NCBI GenBank assembly: GCA_963754925.1
Contig: CAVWHX010000003.1
Location: 672,001-736,000, forward strand
Length of the DNA: 64,000 bases
DNA from: an uncultured delta proteobacterium
Lineage (GTDB): Bacteria; Myxococcota; B64-G9
Direction of reading: 5' to 3'
Each line of letters opens with the position of its first letter. Position 1 is the stretch's first letter. The position numbers and the translations under genes were made by a program. The notes below the pieces were generated by a model. It was not told where the DNA came from and made no database searches. It saw only the letters and a list, made by a program, of their open reading frames with translations. This document shows positions 19,964 to 29,990 of this stretch, in pieces.

Positions 19964-20125
19964 AGGCTGTTAGCTCACGAAGTGAGCGTTACAGCCTCTT
20001 ATCCCCGAAGGGGATTAGAGCTTTTGCGAACGATGTGAGCGTTACAGCCTCTTATCCCTTTAGGGACTATAGATTATTGCCGACTGGTTTGTCCTTCTAG
20101 GGAAGCGAGGTGGACAGTCTCTTGG
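19961..20125. repeat. Second cluster of double-hairpin repeats
   Basis: TAGAGGCTGT-TAGCTCACGAAGTGAGCGTT-ACAGCCTCT-T-ATCCCCGAAGGGGAT-TAGAG plus a partial second copy; begins at the TAG stop of the upstream gene. Confidence 0.85.
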
Positions 20126-20188
20126 CCTATTGAAAATTGTTTGTCCCTAAAGAAGTCAGATGATTTTTATACTTTGGTGAGGTGATTA

Positions 20189-22366
20189 ATGCCACTCACG
20201 GGAGCTTCGAACGAATCTCGATTTTTATTTACCCTTGGCAAGCGTACGGACATTCGGGTGTTGAGTTTCCACATCGCCGAGGCTCTCTCAACAAATTTTA
20301 TGGTTGATCTTACCCTGGCCTGTGACCAGGACATTGCCTTTGACGACGTAATCGGCCAGAAGGCTTACCTCACCGTCCTCGGTCACCAAACCGATAGATA
20401 TTGGCACGGCGTGATCCGGGATTTTACCTTTACGGGCACGAATGAGCGTTTTTTGATATTCCGCGCCACCCTGGTGCCCGTCTTATGGTTGCTGACGCAG
20501 GAGCAGGATTGCCGCATTTTCCAGGGCGAGAACACGCAGCAAATTGTCGAGACGATTCTCAAGGAAGCCGGACTGACCAGTAAGGAATACGCGTTCAACA
20601 ACCAAAGTCCGGGCACGACCAGGGAATATTGTGTTCAATACCGCGAATCCGACTTCAATTTTATTTCACGGTTGCTGGAAGAAGACGGCATTTTCTTCTT
20701 TTTTTCGCATGACCAAAAAGACACTACGGTGGTTTTTGGCGATGGAACCACGGCGTACAAGCCGATTGATGGCCAGGCCAAGGTAGCCTTGAGCCCGGCT
20801 CCCGGTATGGTATCGGAGAGCGAATTTGTGCAAACCATCAACTTTTCACGGCATGTCCACAGCGGAAAGATTACCGTGAGGGATTATAATTTTGAAAAGC
20901 CGGCATTGGACCTTACCGCGGAAGGAAAAGACAAGGTATTCGACAACCTGGAAGTGTACGACTATCCCGGCCGCTACAGCGACCAAGGGGCGGGGAAGAA
21001 AATCGCCAATCTCAGGCTTCAGCAATCGATCACCTATAAAGACCAGTGCATGGGTGACAGCGTATGCCCGCGGTTTGCGCCGGGGCGGACGTTCAGCCTG
21101 AAGACCAGCGAGAAGCGATCTGAATTTAGCAAGGAGTATCTGCTGGTATCGGTGTCTCATGTGGGGGAACAGCCGCAAGCGTTGGAGGAGCTGTCCAATC
21201 CGCATGCGAGCAACTCGTATCATAATACGTTTAGTTGCATACCAGCATCGGTGCCGTTTCGGCCGCAGGGAGCAGCCTCGAAGCCGATAATCAGCGGGGT
21301 ACAGACGGCGATGGTGGTGGGACCAGCCGGGGAAGAGATATTCACGGACGAGTATGGGCGGATCAAGGTGCAGTTTCATTGGGATCGCCGGGGGAAGAAA
21401 GACGATAAGAGCTCGTGTTGGATACGGGTGAGCCAAGTATTCACGGGGGCGAGTTGGGGAGCGATGGCGGTGCCGCGGATTGGGCAGGAGATGATAGTGG
21501 GATTTATCGAGGGCGACCCGGACCGGCCGATCATCACCGGGCGGGTGTACCACGGCAACAACCCGGTACCGTACAATCTGCCGGATGAAAAGACCAAGAC
21601 GACGTTTAAGAGCAACTCCAGCCTCGGCGGCAGCGGGTTCAACGAACTGCGTTTTGAGGACAAGAAGGGGAGCGAGGAGGTGTTCGTACATGCACAGAAA
21701 GACCTCAATGAGGTTGTAAAGCGCAACCAAACAATTAGCGTTGGTGTCGATCAGTCAACCACCATTGGAAATAATGAAACATTAACAGTTGGCAAAAATC
21801 GCTCCAAGACCGTCGGCGTCGATCAGATCGTGAACGTCGGCGCGAATCATACCGAGAAGGTGGGCGCGAATAAAAGCATCACTGTCGGATCGAACAAAAC
21901 GGAGACGGTCACCATCAATTCTGCCGAAACCATTGGGATGGCCAAAGAGCTCACCATCGGCGGGGCTTATCAGGTCAGTGTCGGTGCGGCGATGAACGAA
22001 ACCGTCGTTGGCCTTAAGGCTGAAGAGATTGGTGTTCATAAGGCGGTTGTGGTGGCCAAAAATTCCAGCGAAAAAATTGGCGGTAATAAGTCGGTGAACG
22101 TGAGCAAAGATTTTTCGGAAGAAATTAAGGGAAAAAAGGAAATCAAAATTGACAAGGATTTCATAGAACAAATCACCGGCAAAAAAAGCGTCAAGGTCGA
22201 CCAGGAGCTGATCATTGAAGTAGCCGACAAAATAACCCTTAAGACGGGAGACTCGTCCATTGTTCTCGATAAAGGCGGTAAGATTGTTATAAAAGGCAAG
22301 GACATCGAGGTAGATGGCGGGAGCGGTCCGATTAATATTCATGGTGGAAAGATCGATCTGAATTAG
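20189..22366 (+). CDS. vgrG: T6SS spike VgrG/TssI
   Basis: CRIFQ, YCVQYRESDFNFISRLLEEDGI, DEYGRIKVQFHWDR, SCWIRVSQ, PRIGQE, GDPDRP, and Gp5-like C-terminal beta-helix repeats. Confidence 0.97.
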   Translation: MPLTGASNESRFLFTLGKRTDIRVLSFHIAEALSTNFMVDLTLACDQDIAFDDVIGQKAYLTVLGHQTDRYWHGVIRDFTFTGTNERFLIFRATLVPVLWLLTQEQDCRIFQGENTQQIVETILKEAGLTSKEYAFNNQSPGTTREYCVQYRESDFNFISRLLEEDGIFFFFSHDQKDTTVVFGDGTTAYKPIDGQAKVALSPAPGMVSESEFVQTINFSRHVHSGKITVRDYNFEKPALDLTAEGKDKVFDNLEVYDYPGRYSDQGAGKKIANLRLQQSITYKDQCMGDSVCPRFAPGRTFSLKTSEKRSEFSKEYLLVSVSHVGEQPQALEELSNPHASNSYHNTFSCIPASVPFRPQGAASKPIISGVQTAMVVGPAGEEIFTDEYGRIKVQFHWDRRGKKDDKSSCWIRVSQVFTGASWGAMAVPRIGQEMIVGFIEGDPDRPIITGRVYHGNNPVPYNLPDEKTKTTFKSNSSLGGSGFNELRFEDKKGSEEVFVHAQKDLNEVVKRNQTISVGVDQSTTIGNNETLTVGKNRSKTVGVDQIVNVGANHTEKVGANKSITVGSNKTETVTINSAETIGMAKELTIGGAYQVSVGAAMNETVVGLKAEEIGVHKAVVVAKNSSEKIGGNKSVNVSKDFSEEIKGKKEIKIDKDFIEQITGKKSVKVDQELIIEVADKITLKTGDSSIVLDKGGKIVIKGKDIEVDGGSGPINIHGGKIDLN

Positions 22367-22384
22367 ACGTGCAGGAGGAATGGA

Positions 22385-23464
22385 ATGGGCAGAATGGTTG
22401 CCAACAAGGGCAACGGCGATTGCATTTCAACCACCGCGCCGATGACCGGCGCCCCGATGCCGATAGACATTGTTCTTGTTCCATCAGGTCCGGCCGTTGT
22501 GCCTACCCCGTGCGTAAATACCGCAAAACTTGCGGACGCCGCTATGACCGTCGACGAAGTCAACGTCAATGGCAAACCGGTGGTGGTACGGCGGAGCCAG
22601 ATCCCGCTCTCGTCGGGCGCGCCAAGTAACGCGATCAAAGGAATCATCTCACCGCCGCCCGCCAACAACCGCTGCAACTTTCTAACCTCAAGCGCCACGG
22701 TGTTTGCCGGAGGCTATCCCCTCGAACGTCACCGCGACGTCACCATTCAGAATGCGGGCAATTGTCCGGGAGGGGTAAAGCTCAAGGAGGCATTCTCACT
22801 CCACGGTTCTGGCCTGGCTATCGATCCCGCCATGACTCCAGCACAGCAGGAAGCGATTGTGCAGAACCTTGAGGAACTCAATGAACGGCCGAGGACGAAG
22901 GAATTGTTGGATACCATTAAGAACAACTACCAATCTAGGGTCAACGCTGGCCAACCGGGTCAGCTAATCACCGTTAGTGCGAATAGCCCAGCCGGTGTTG
23001 CTGTTGCAGCTGGAGATGCCGCTTGCGTCCCAAATGTTTTCGCTAATGGCCTTAACGGTACGGGAACACCTTCCTGGATTCAGTTCAATCCAACACAATC
23101 CTTGAACGTTCCTGGATATTCTGAAACCATGTCTCCCGAATTGGTTCTTGCCCATGAACTTGTTCATTCTATGCACGCCAGTAGCGGAACATTGCTCAAT
23201 GGTCACTCCGCAGGAACACTTCCTAACGGTAATCCGGCGCCGAGTGCCATGCACAATGCGGAGCAACAAGCTATGGGGATTGGCACCGAATCGAACTCCA
23301 AATTGGCCGAATCACGATTTGCGGAGGAAAGGGGAATGTCGGTTCGAAAGACCCATGGACCGAGTGAGGGATATTTCCCCTTTAATCCCAACCCAGCCAA
23401 TGTTGCTCCGGTGGGTTTTGCCACCGGCGCGGGTGGAGAACACTTTGTTTACTGCAATAAATGA
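22385..23464 (+). CDS. PAAR-like (DUF4150) domain fused to an M91-family zinc metallopeptidase; T6SS effector
   Basis: N-terminal VPTPCVNTA, SATVFAGG, QNAGNCPG; C-terminal LAHELVHSMH (HEXXH), EQQAMGIG, AESRFAEERG.SVR; directly after vgrG. Confidence 0.8.
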   Translation: MGRMVANKGNGDCISTTAPMTGAPMPIDIVLVPSGPAVVPTPCVNTAKLADAAMTVDEVNVNGKPVVVRRSQIPLSSGAPSNAIKGIISPPPANNRCNFLTSSATVFAGGYPLERHRDVTIQNAGNCPGGVKLKEAFSLHGSGLAIDPAMTPAQQEAIVQNLEELNERPRTKELLDTIKNNYQSRVNAGQPGQLITVSANSPAGVAVAAGDAACVPNVFANGLNGTGTPSWIQFNPTQSLNVPGYSETMSPELVLAHELVHSMHASSGTLLNGHSAGTLPNGNPAPSAMHNAEQQAMGIGTESNSKLAESRFAEERGMSVRKTHGPSEGYFPFNPNPANVAPVGFATGAGGEHFVYCNK

Positions 23465-23629
23465 GATTGCTGCTAACACGATATGAGCAGGTGCATTTTT
23501 TGGATGGTAGGAATGAAAAATGATGCTCTAAATTTTTCCCGCTCTAGTACTAGAGATGTGTTCCTGATTCTGGTGTCTTTCCTTTTGATTTTTGAAATGG
23601 GAATGGATAATATTAATAGGGAGGAAACC

Positions 23630-24196
23630 ATGTCGGATTCTCATCTGGCTATCTGGGAAAAAACCAATCCACCTTCTATTTCTATATCAGGGAAACTAGA
23701 GCAAGATGGTAAAATATTGCATCTTGCTTGCGTGATAAAAAATACCCAAAGCAGGCCGATTTACGTTTTTCGTGAGGAAAACCCCTTGATACGACTCGAC
23801 TCCGGTGGAAAGGTTAATGTGATAAGTATGATGTTGGAAATTCCACCTTGGATGTTTGTGGTTGCTCCTCATATTCCTCCTGTCACCCGTTTGGCGGTTA
23901 ACCAGGAAATCAAAATAGAGGCTTCCTATCATTTACCGTTGCAGGAGACGCATCCATATCCTCCTTTTCCTGACTTTGTCCGTCCGGTAACTTCTAAGGA
24001 TGAAGTTGCCACTCAATTTCAGTTTGTTCTTGGTTTTTTTCCTGAGGATGATAAAAATGCGCTTTTCGATGGTGTACAATCCGGTGAACAAGTACCTAGC
24101 TACTATGAACTCAAACGGCAGTTCCTCGCCATTAGTCAACCAGTTGCCATCAGTGTTCCTGTCCGCCGTCCTATCTGGACTAGAAGTTCCAAATGA
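23630..24196 (+). CDS. Putative immunity/accessory protein
   Basis: Immediately downstream of the effector and AT-richer. ATG 23630 has SD GGAGG; an alternative start at 23483 would add a hydrophobic stretch. Confidence 0.55.
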   Translation: MSDSHLAIWEKTNPPSISISGKLEQDGKILHLACVIKNTQSRPIYVFREENPLIRLDSGGKVNVISMMLEIPPWMFVVAPHIPPVTRLAVNQEIKIEASYHLPLQETHPYPPFPDFVRPVTSKDEVATQFQFVLGFFPEDDKNALFDGVQSGEQVPSYYELKRQFLAISQPVAISVPVRRPIWTRSSK

Positions 24197-24301
24197 ACCA
24201 AGAGATCGAGTAAATCGCAGTGGCATCCTATCGTGCGCCACTGGTACGTCACCATTCAGTATGAGGTAAATAAAAATGAATGATGTGTATCTATTACGCA
24301 G

Positions 24302-25366
24302 ATGACCATCGAGATTGAAAACAGCACTCCGCTAAGGGTATTTCCTTTAACCCACGATGATTCGTCGGACCGCCCGGGTCTCTCGGTTATCCTTAAGGGA
24401 ACCTTCAGCATGCTTGGCACCGATGAAAACCCATTCGCCGCCGAGCAACTCCCTATCGCCGAATTGGATGAGTATAACAACACAGAAAAACCTATCAGTG
24501 TAAAATTCGAATCCGACCTGGTGCCCTTTAAACCCAAAGCTGACATCATTCTGGTGGGCAAAGCCTATGCTCCCCACGGACAGCCTGTTGCTAACATGAC
24601 TGCTACCCTCGCTGTCGGGAATGTTAGCCGCTCTATCATGGTGTTTGGGGATCGCAACTGGATAAAAAAGGGAAAGTTCAAAACCAGTCTGACGATGACC
24701 CAACCACAAGAATTTACCGAGATGGAGCTTATCTACGAACGCGCTTTTGGCGGTACCGATCTCAATGAAGATTACCAGGGAGAGTGGAGCGAAGAGAATC
24801 CCATCGGACGAGGTTTCATAGCACGCAAACGCCTCGACCAAGCTGCGGGAAAGCCGCTTCCCAACCTGGAGAACCCTGAGGAGCTGATCGGTTCCTGGAA
24901 AGATCGTCCAGCGCCGGTCGGTTTCGGTTGCTACGGCCGCGGCTGGCGTCCCCGGGTCCAGTTCGCCGGCACGTATGACGAGGAGTGGCAATTACAACGC
25001 AGTCCTAAGCCACCGCTGGATTTCAAAGAAGACTACTATAATTGCGCCCATCCCCAGTTACAGCTTGCACACTATCTCAGCGGCGACGAAAGAGTGGTGT
25101 TGACCAAACTTTCTCATCGGAGCGAGCGTGTGTTGTTTCGGCTCCCTGGCTTAGCGCCCCGGATAGTTGTCAGACAACAGCAATCCACACCGACAAAGGC
25201 ATACAACGGTTTAGCCACCAAAGACGTTTCACTCGCCACGAATTTGGATACTCTTTTTCTGATTCCAGAGGAAGATCGTTATTATCTCGTTTGGCGTGGT
25301 CGGTTACCCTTGAGCGCTCAGCATAAAGTCGTGCGTATTTCTATTACGCTGCATCATGATCGTTGA
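24302..25366 (+). CDS. DUF2169 T6SS adaptor/chaperone
   Basis: VILKGTF, ESDLVPFKPKADIILVG.AYAP, VFGDR.W, YERAFGG, NPIGRGF, W.PR..FAGTYD..W, P.DF...YYNCA. Confidence 0.92.
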   Translation: MTIEIENSTPLRVFPLTHDDSSDRPGLSVILKGTFSMLGTDENPFAAEQLPIAELDEYNNTEKPISVKFESDLVPFKPKADIILVGKAYAPHGQPVANMTATLAVGNVSRSIMVFGDRNWIKKGKFKTSLTMTQPQEFTEMELIYERAFGGTDLNEDYQGEWSEENPIGRGFIARKRLDQAAGKPLPNLENPEELIGSWKDRPAPVGFGCYGRGWRPRVQFAGTYDEEWQLQRSPKPPLDFKEDYYNCAHPQLQLAHYLSGDERVVLTKLSHRSERVLFRLPGLAPRIVVRQQQSTPTKAYNGLATKDVSLATNLDTLFLIPEEDRYYLVWRGRLPLSAQHKVVRISITLHHDR

Positions 25367-25477
25367 TCGGTGTCACAAGAGTTATGGCAACTCCTGACAA
25401 AAACCAGTGACCGACATACTCAAGGGCTTTTAGTTAGGAACAGGGGTAGAGAAAGTCGAAAAGTCGCGCTGGTTGCA

Positions 25478-25885
25478 TTAACCCCCAGCCACTGCCTGAA
25501 CCCGTTTCTAATCAAGTATCGAGATCGAATACAGCATCACGAAGAACGCCACGAGAAGTGCTATTGCGTCGGCGTAGGTCAGCAACCAGCGCATGGACCA
25601 GACTGAACGCTGCGCCGATTGTTCCGAACGTTGGCGCACATCTTTAGCCAGCGTTGAGAAGTAACGTTCACCTACGGTAGGTCTCTGCTCGATGCGGGTG
25701 ACGGTTAAGAAACTTTTCATGACTTCCCGCGGGACGGCAACGATGGTTAGCCCGAACGATCCGCCGACAATCAAAATCAACGCCGGCAGGTTTGCAAACG
25801 TTTCCTGTTGACCGCCTCCCATGAGTAACGAAGCAATCAGTGCAACCCACGCCAGTATCAAGCCGCCAACCGTTGCCCTATCCAT
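25478..25885 (-). pseudogene. MotA N-terminus fused to the MotB TM motif (chimeric stator remnant; ORF 25508-25885)
   Basis: MDRATVGGL..NLPALILIVGGS matches MotA TM1-2; WLLTYADAIALLVAFFVMLYSIS matches the MotB TM; MotB-like KRVQAVAGG continues past the TAG. Confidence 0.75.
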
Positions 25886-25924
25886 TATCGTTCCTTTATC
25901 CTTCCTTTATCCTTCCTTGAGAAG

Positions 25925-27203
25925 TTATTGGGGGCCATCTTCATGCGGCGGGAGATATACGTTGAAAACCGCACCCTTCCCCGGCGAACTAACAACTTCA
26001 ATCCTACCGCCGTGTCGCTCAACGATTTCTTTTGAAATACCGAGTCCGAGATCGGTACCCTCGCCCGAGCCCGTGGTGGTAAAAAGCGGCTCAAAGACAT
26101 GCGGGAGGTGTTCAGGTACTAGTCTGGGTCCGACGTCCTGAACGCGTACGCGCACCCAACGATCTTCGAGGTCGATGCGCAGGATGATAGTACCCTTCCC
26201 ACCCATGGCCTCGGTTGCATTGATCAAGAGGTTGAGAAAAACTTGTCCCAATTCGGCCCAATTCCCGAGCACGTCAGGCACGTCGCTGTAGCATCGTTCG
26301 ACAACTACGGAAGCCTTATAACGGAACATCATCACGGCCAAGCTCGTATCGATGCAGCGATGAACCCTCACCCGTTCGCGCCGTGGGGTACCGATATCGG
26401 TGAAGGATGTTAAATTCGTGCAGATAGTAATAATGCGCTCTATCCCTTCGTTCGTCTCTTGTATCATTTCAAACAGCTCATCTCGGCTGCCGCTCAGTTT
26501 CTCCTCCTTTTTTAGTTTTCCGCCAACCATCGAGCAGTTCATGGTTTCCAGATTTCTCCAGGAGGTCTTCAAAACGGGCCAGGGCACGATCGATATCTCT
26601 GAGGTAGCCCTCCATCATTCCAATATTGGCTCGAACATAGGCTGCGGGACCATGGATCTCATGTGCAGCGCCGGCGGCAACCATGCCAATTGATGCCATT
26701 TTTTCCATCGTAACCAACTGGCCATAGTCAGCGCTGTTGTGCTGAAGGTGACTGTTAACCTCTTTGACCGATACCGTGCGATCCACTGCTTCGAGCATTT
26801 GTTCGACAACAACATCGATCCATCCAAGGTCTTCCTGGCACAGACGGGTAAGGAAACATCGAAGCTGCCAGCGCTCGCGATCGGTTTCCCAAAGAGGCAG
26901 GGAATATATCCAGCCAGAGGGCGCGCGCTCAATCCGGAAGTAGGGGCGGCTCGTACGAACGTGATCGGGAATCGCAGTGTTTTGCTCAAACAGCACTTGA
27001 TCACGGGTGGCAACCGCTAAACGGCGGCAGACATCGCCCTGTTTGATGGAAATCTCAACCCGCTGGGTATTGTTTAATCGAGCGATGAAGCTCAGTGCGT
27101 GCTCCATAATGGCAAATGGTTCGGATAGGATCTTAAGCTGTCGCTCCAAATCCGCGCACTGACTTAGGTGCTTCAGGCTTTCTTCAAGCTTCAGCGTAGC
27201 CAT
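25925..27203 (-). CDS. Sensor histidine kinase, +1 frameshift near 26515, degenerate G boxes
   Basis: EKMASIG..AAGAAHEI (H box), QVFLNLLINA (N box), FEPLFTT; removing one A in CGGAAAACT joins the two ORFs. Confidence 0.8.
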
Positions 27204-27452
27204 TCTTCCTCCGGCATGTATGTTATCGACACAAACCCATTTTTATTTACCGCCTAATTAGGTACGTGGGAGGGTCATTCCACACCCATGGGTTGGCGTT
27301 TCACTAACGACATCTTTCATATCATAGGGGGGTAAACACAAAATATATTAAATTATAACAATAAGTTACGCGATAATCGTGTACACTCGAGTAGTATACC
27401 CGAGATAACAACTAATACTTATAGTATAAAGAGATACCCATTTATCTCGGTT

Positions 27453-27468
27453 TGGCACTCCGGTTGCT
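27453..27468 (+). promoter_or_regulatory. sigma54 (-24/-12) promoter
   Basis: TGGCAC-TCCGG-TTGCT, about 35 nt upstream of ATG 27504. Confidence 0.8.
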
Positions 27469-27503
27469 TGAGAGTCTCTTGGTTGCAAAATGGAGAATCC
27501 AGG

Positions 27504-28892
27504 ATGAGCACCCCACACGGCATCAACCGGGCATTGATCGTAGAAGACGATCAATCGAGCCGGTCGGTTATAAGCGAAGTCTGTAGCTCATTGAATATGG
27601 ATGTCCACGAGGCCGAACGTGGCGATGAGGGTCTTAGACTTATTGAAGGCAACGACTACAGTCTGCTGCTATCCGACTATATGATGCCCGGGATAGACGG
27701 GATCGAGCTGGTGGAAAAGGCGCGGATTTTGCGCCCCGAAATTCCGATCATTCTGATAACTGCTTACGCCACGGTTGACCGAGCGGTGCGAGCGATGACG
27801 GCAGGAGCTGATCACGTCTTAGAAAAACCGATCAAGCCTTCAGCGCTGCGCGACGTGGTCCAGGCGATCATCGCCCGCAAGAACAAGTGTTTTGAGAAAC
27901 CCGATCAGGCACATACGAAACGTTCAACGCCGCTCGGCAACCGGTTTATCAGCCTCTTTCAGGGGAGGATGCAACACCTGGCGCAACTCATGGAGCGAGT
28001 CTCCGAGACAACCTGCACGGTTCTCATCACGGGCGAAAGCGGCACGGGAAAAGAACTCGTCGCGCGCGCCATTCACGAGCACTCTCAGCGAAGCTCTGGT
28101 CCTTTCGTCCCGGTCAACTGTGGCGCCATCCCCGAAACGCTCCTCGAAAGCGAACTGTTCGGTTACCAGCGGGGCGCCTTCAGCGGCGCATTTCGGGATC
28201 GGCCAGGTCGGTTTGCTCTGGCCGATGGCGGCACTATCTTTCTCGATGAAATCGGTGAAATGTCGCCAGCGTTTCAGGTAAAACTTCTGCGCGTGCTGCA
28301 GGAGCACTGCTTTGAACCCGTAGGCTCGGTCAAACCGGTGAGTTCCGATTTTCGGGTGATCGCCGCCACCCACCGCAACCTTCAAGAAATGGTCGAGCAC
28401 GGCACATTCCGCGAGGACCTGTTCTACCGACTCAATGTCATGGAGATCGCCATTCCGCCCTTGCGCGAACGCAGCGAGGACATCGGCATGCTGCTTGATC
28501 ACTTCGTGGAAAAATACAGCGAGCGGTACCAGCTTGAGGTGAAAACCGGCGACGAGCGCCTGCTCGCCGCTCTGCAACAATACCACTGGCAGGGCAACGT
28601 CCGAGAAATGGAAAACCTTATCGAGCGAATGTGCATCATCAAGAACAAGGGAACGCTTGAACCCGGCGATCTGCCCCCGCACATCTTCTGCAGCCCGGCT
28701 TCCCCCCAAGCCGAATCACGCTCGTTGCCCGAGGAAGGCACCGATTTCTACCAAGCAGTCGAGGATTTTGAAAACACGTTGATTACCCAAGCCCTGCAAC
28801 GCAGCAAGGGAAATAAAAACCGCGCCGCATCCATCCTGTCCCTCAACCGCACAACGCTGATCGAGAAGATGAAGAAAAAAGGGATGAAATAG
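27504..28892 (+). CDS. sigma54-dependent response regulator (REC-AAA+-HTH), FleQ/FlrA/FlrC-like
   Basis: REC with SDYMMPG, GESGTGKE, ESELFG, GAFSGA, FLDEIGE, FREDLFYRLNV; HTH NRTTLIEKMKK. Confidence 0.9.
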   Translation: MSTPHGINRALIVEDDQSSRSVISEVCSSLNMDVHEAERGDEGLRLIEGNDYSLLLSDYMMPGIDGIELVEKARILRPEIPIILITAYATVDRAVRAMTAGADHVLEKPIKPSALRDVVQAIIARKNKCFEKPDQAHTKRSTPLGNRFISLFQGRMQHLAQLMERVSETTCTVLITGESGTGKELVARAIHEHSQRSSGPFVPVNCGAIPETLLESELFGYQRGAFSGAFRDRPGRFALADGGTIFLDEIGEMSPAFQVKLLRVLQEHCFEPVGSVKPVSSDFRVIAATHRNLQEMVEHGTFREDLFYRLNVMEIAIPPLRERSEDIGMLLDHFVEKYSERYQLEVKTGDERLLAALQQYHWQGNVREMENLIERMCIIKNKGTLEPGDLPPHIFCSPASPQAESRSLPEEGTDFYQAVEDFENTLITQALQRSKGNKNRAASILSLNRTTLIEKMKKKGMK

Positions 28893-28914
28893 GGACTGTT
28901 ACGAGCGAGGCGAG
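28890..28914. repeat. Half copy of the double-hairpin repeat
   Basis: TAGGGACTGTTACGAGCGAGGCGAG versus TAGAGACTGTTAGCGAGCGAAGCGAG at 19004; starts at the regulator's TAG stop. Confidence 0.55.
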
Positions 28915-28933
28915 ATGGGGCTCGGCATATAAC

Positions 28934-29865
28934 TTACGAGCGGTGTTTGTTGAGCCAGGCAAGAACGTCTTTGAAAACCTCGTCGCGGTTTATCTCATTG
29001 AGCATCTCGTGTCGGCCGTCTGGATAGAATTTATATGAAACGTCCTTGATGCCGGCCTTGAGAAAGTCCTTATATACTTGGAGGACTCCCTTTGTTTTCC
29101 TGCCCAAGGGGCACAAGGTTCCTGAAAATAAATATATGGGCAGATTCTTAGGAATCTTAACAATATTCTCGAACGTATTGATGTAAAACAGACCTTTGAT
29201 AATATCACAATAAAAACCAACGGAACATACATTGCCGCAAAAGGGATCGTTAATGTACGTATCGACCTCGGCAGTGTCCCGGGAAAGCCAATCAAATTCC
29301 GTCCGATTAGGTTTGAACGAGTTGTTGTACCTCCCGAAAAAAAGTTTATTCATCGTCGGACTTTTGGCTTTCTTTCCCTTCTTTCTTGCTTCTCGCTTTC
29401 CAATGAAGAGGGCAATCTTTCCGCCGAGTCCGGGATCGCCGCCGGTTGCGGATAGAACCAGGCCCGAAATTTCATTACCATAGAGTATCGCGTAGTGGCG
29501 CGCGAGAAACGACCCCATGCTTTGCCCGAAGAGAAATACCGGAACCTGTGGATTCTCCTTGTAATGATTCCGGTCAAAGCATGCAAGTCGTCCACAACCT
29601 TTTCCCACCCATTCTCAGCGGCGAAATACCCCACGCTATCTACCGACCCCGCCGTTTTACCGTGGCCGCGGTGGTCATTGGCATAGACCGCATATCCGGT
29701 GTCAACGAGCACTTTGGCAAATCGTTCGTAGCGCGCGGCGTGTTCCACCATTCCATGCGAGATCTGAACGACTGCTTTGATATCAGATTGGGAATCCGGC
29801 AGCCAGCGGTAGACGAATATCTTCGCAGTATCGGGAGCAGAATAGGTAAATGAATCAGTTCTCAC
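28934..29865 (-). CDS. Alpha/beta hydrolase (lysophospholipase-like), copy 2, -1 frameshift near 29560
   Basis: HGMVEH..RY, DHRGHG, GQSMG, GRHEMLNE; highly similar to the adjacent paralog. Confidence 0.8.
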
Positions 29866-29990
29866 AATGGATCTCTTCCTTAATACTATCTTTTATCTGT
29901 ATTCATAAAAATAATGGCGTGAACGCTCGAGCCAAGAAAATCAGCTTTTTGATACCATCAACGCCTATGAAAAAAAGAGTTATCGAGCGC

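Noticed and set aside
19004..20125. CRISPR array or integron attC cassette array
   Set aside because: No constant-length repeats with unique spacers, no cas or intI gene in the window, and no consistent RYYYAAC..GTTRRRY boundaries.
20846..21730. Long antisense ORFs such as this 294 aa frame and 50497-51426
   Set aside because: Shadow frames of vgrG and his genes in GC-rich DNA with no recognisable motifs.
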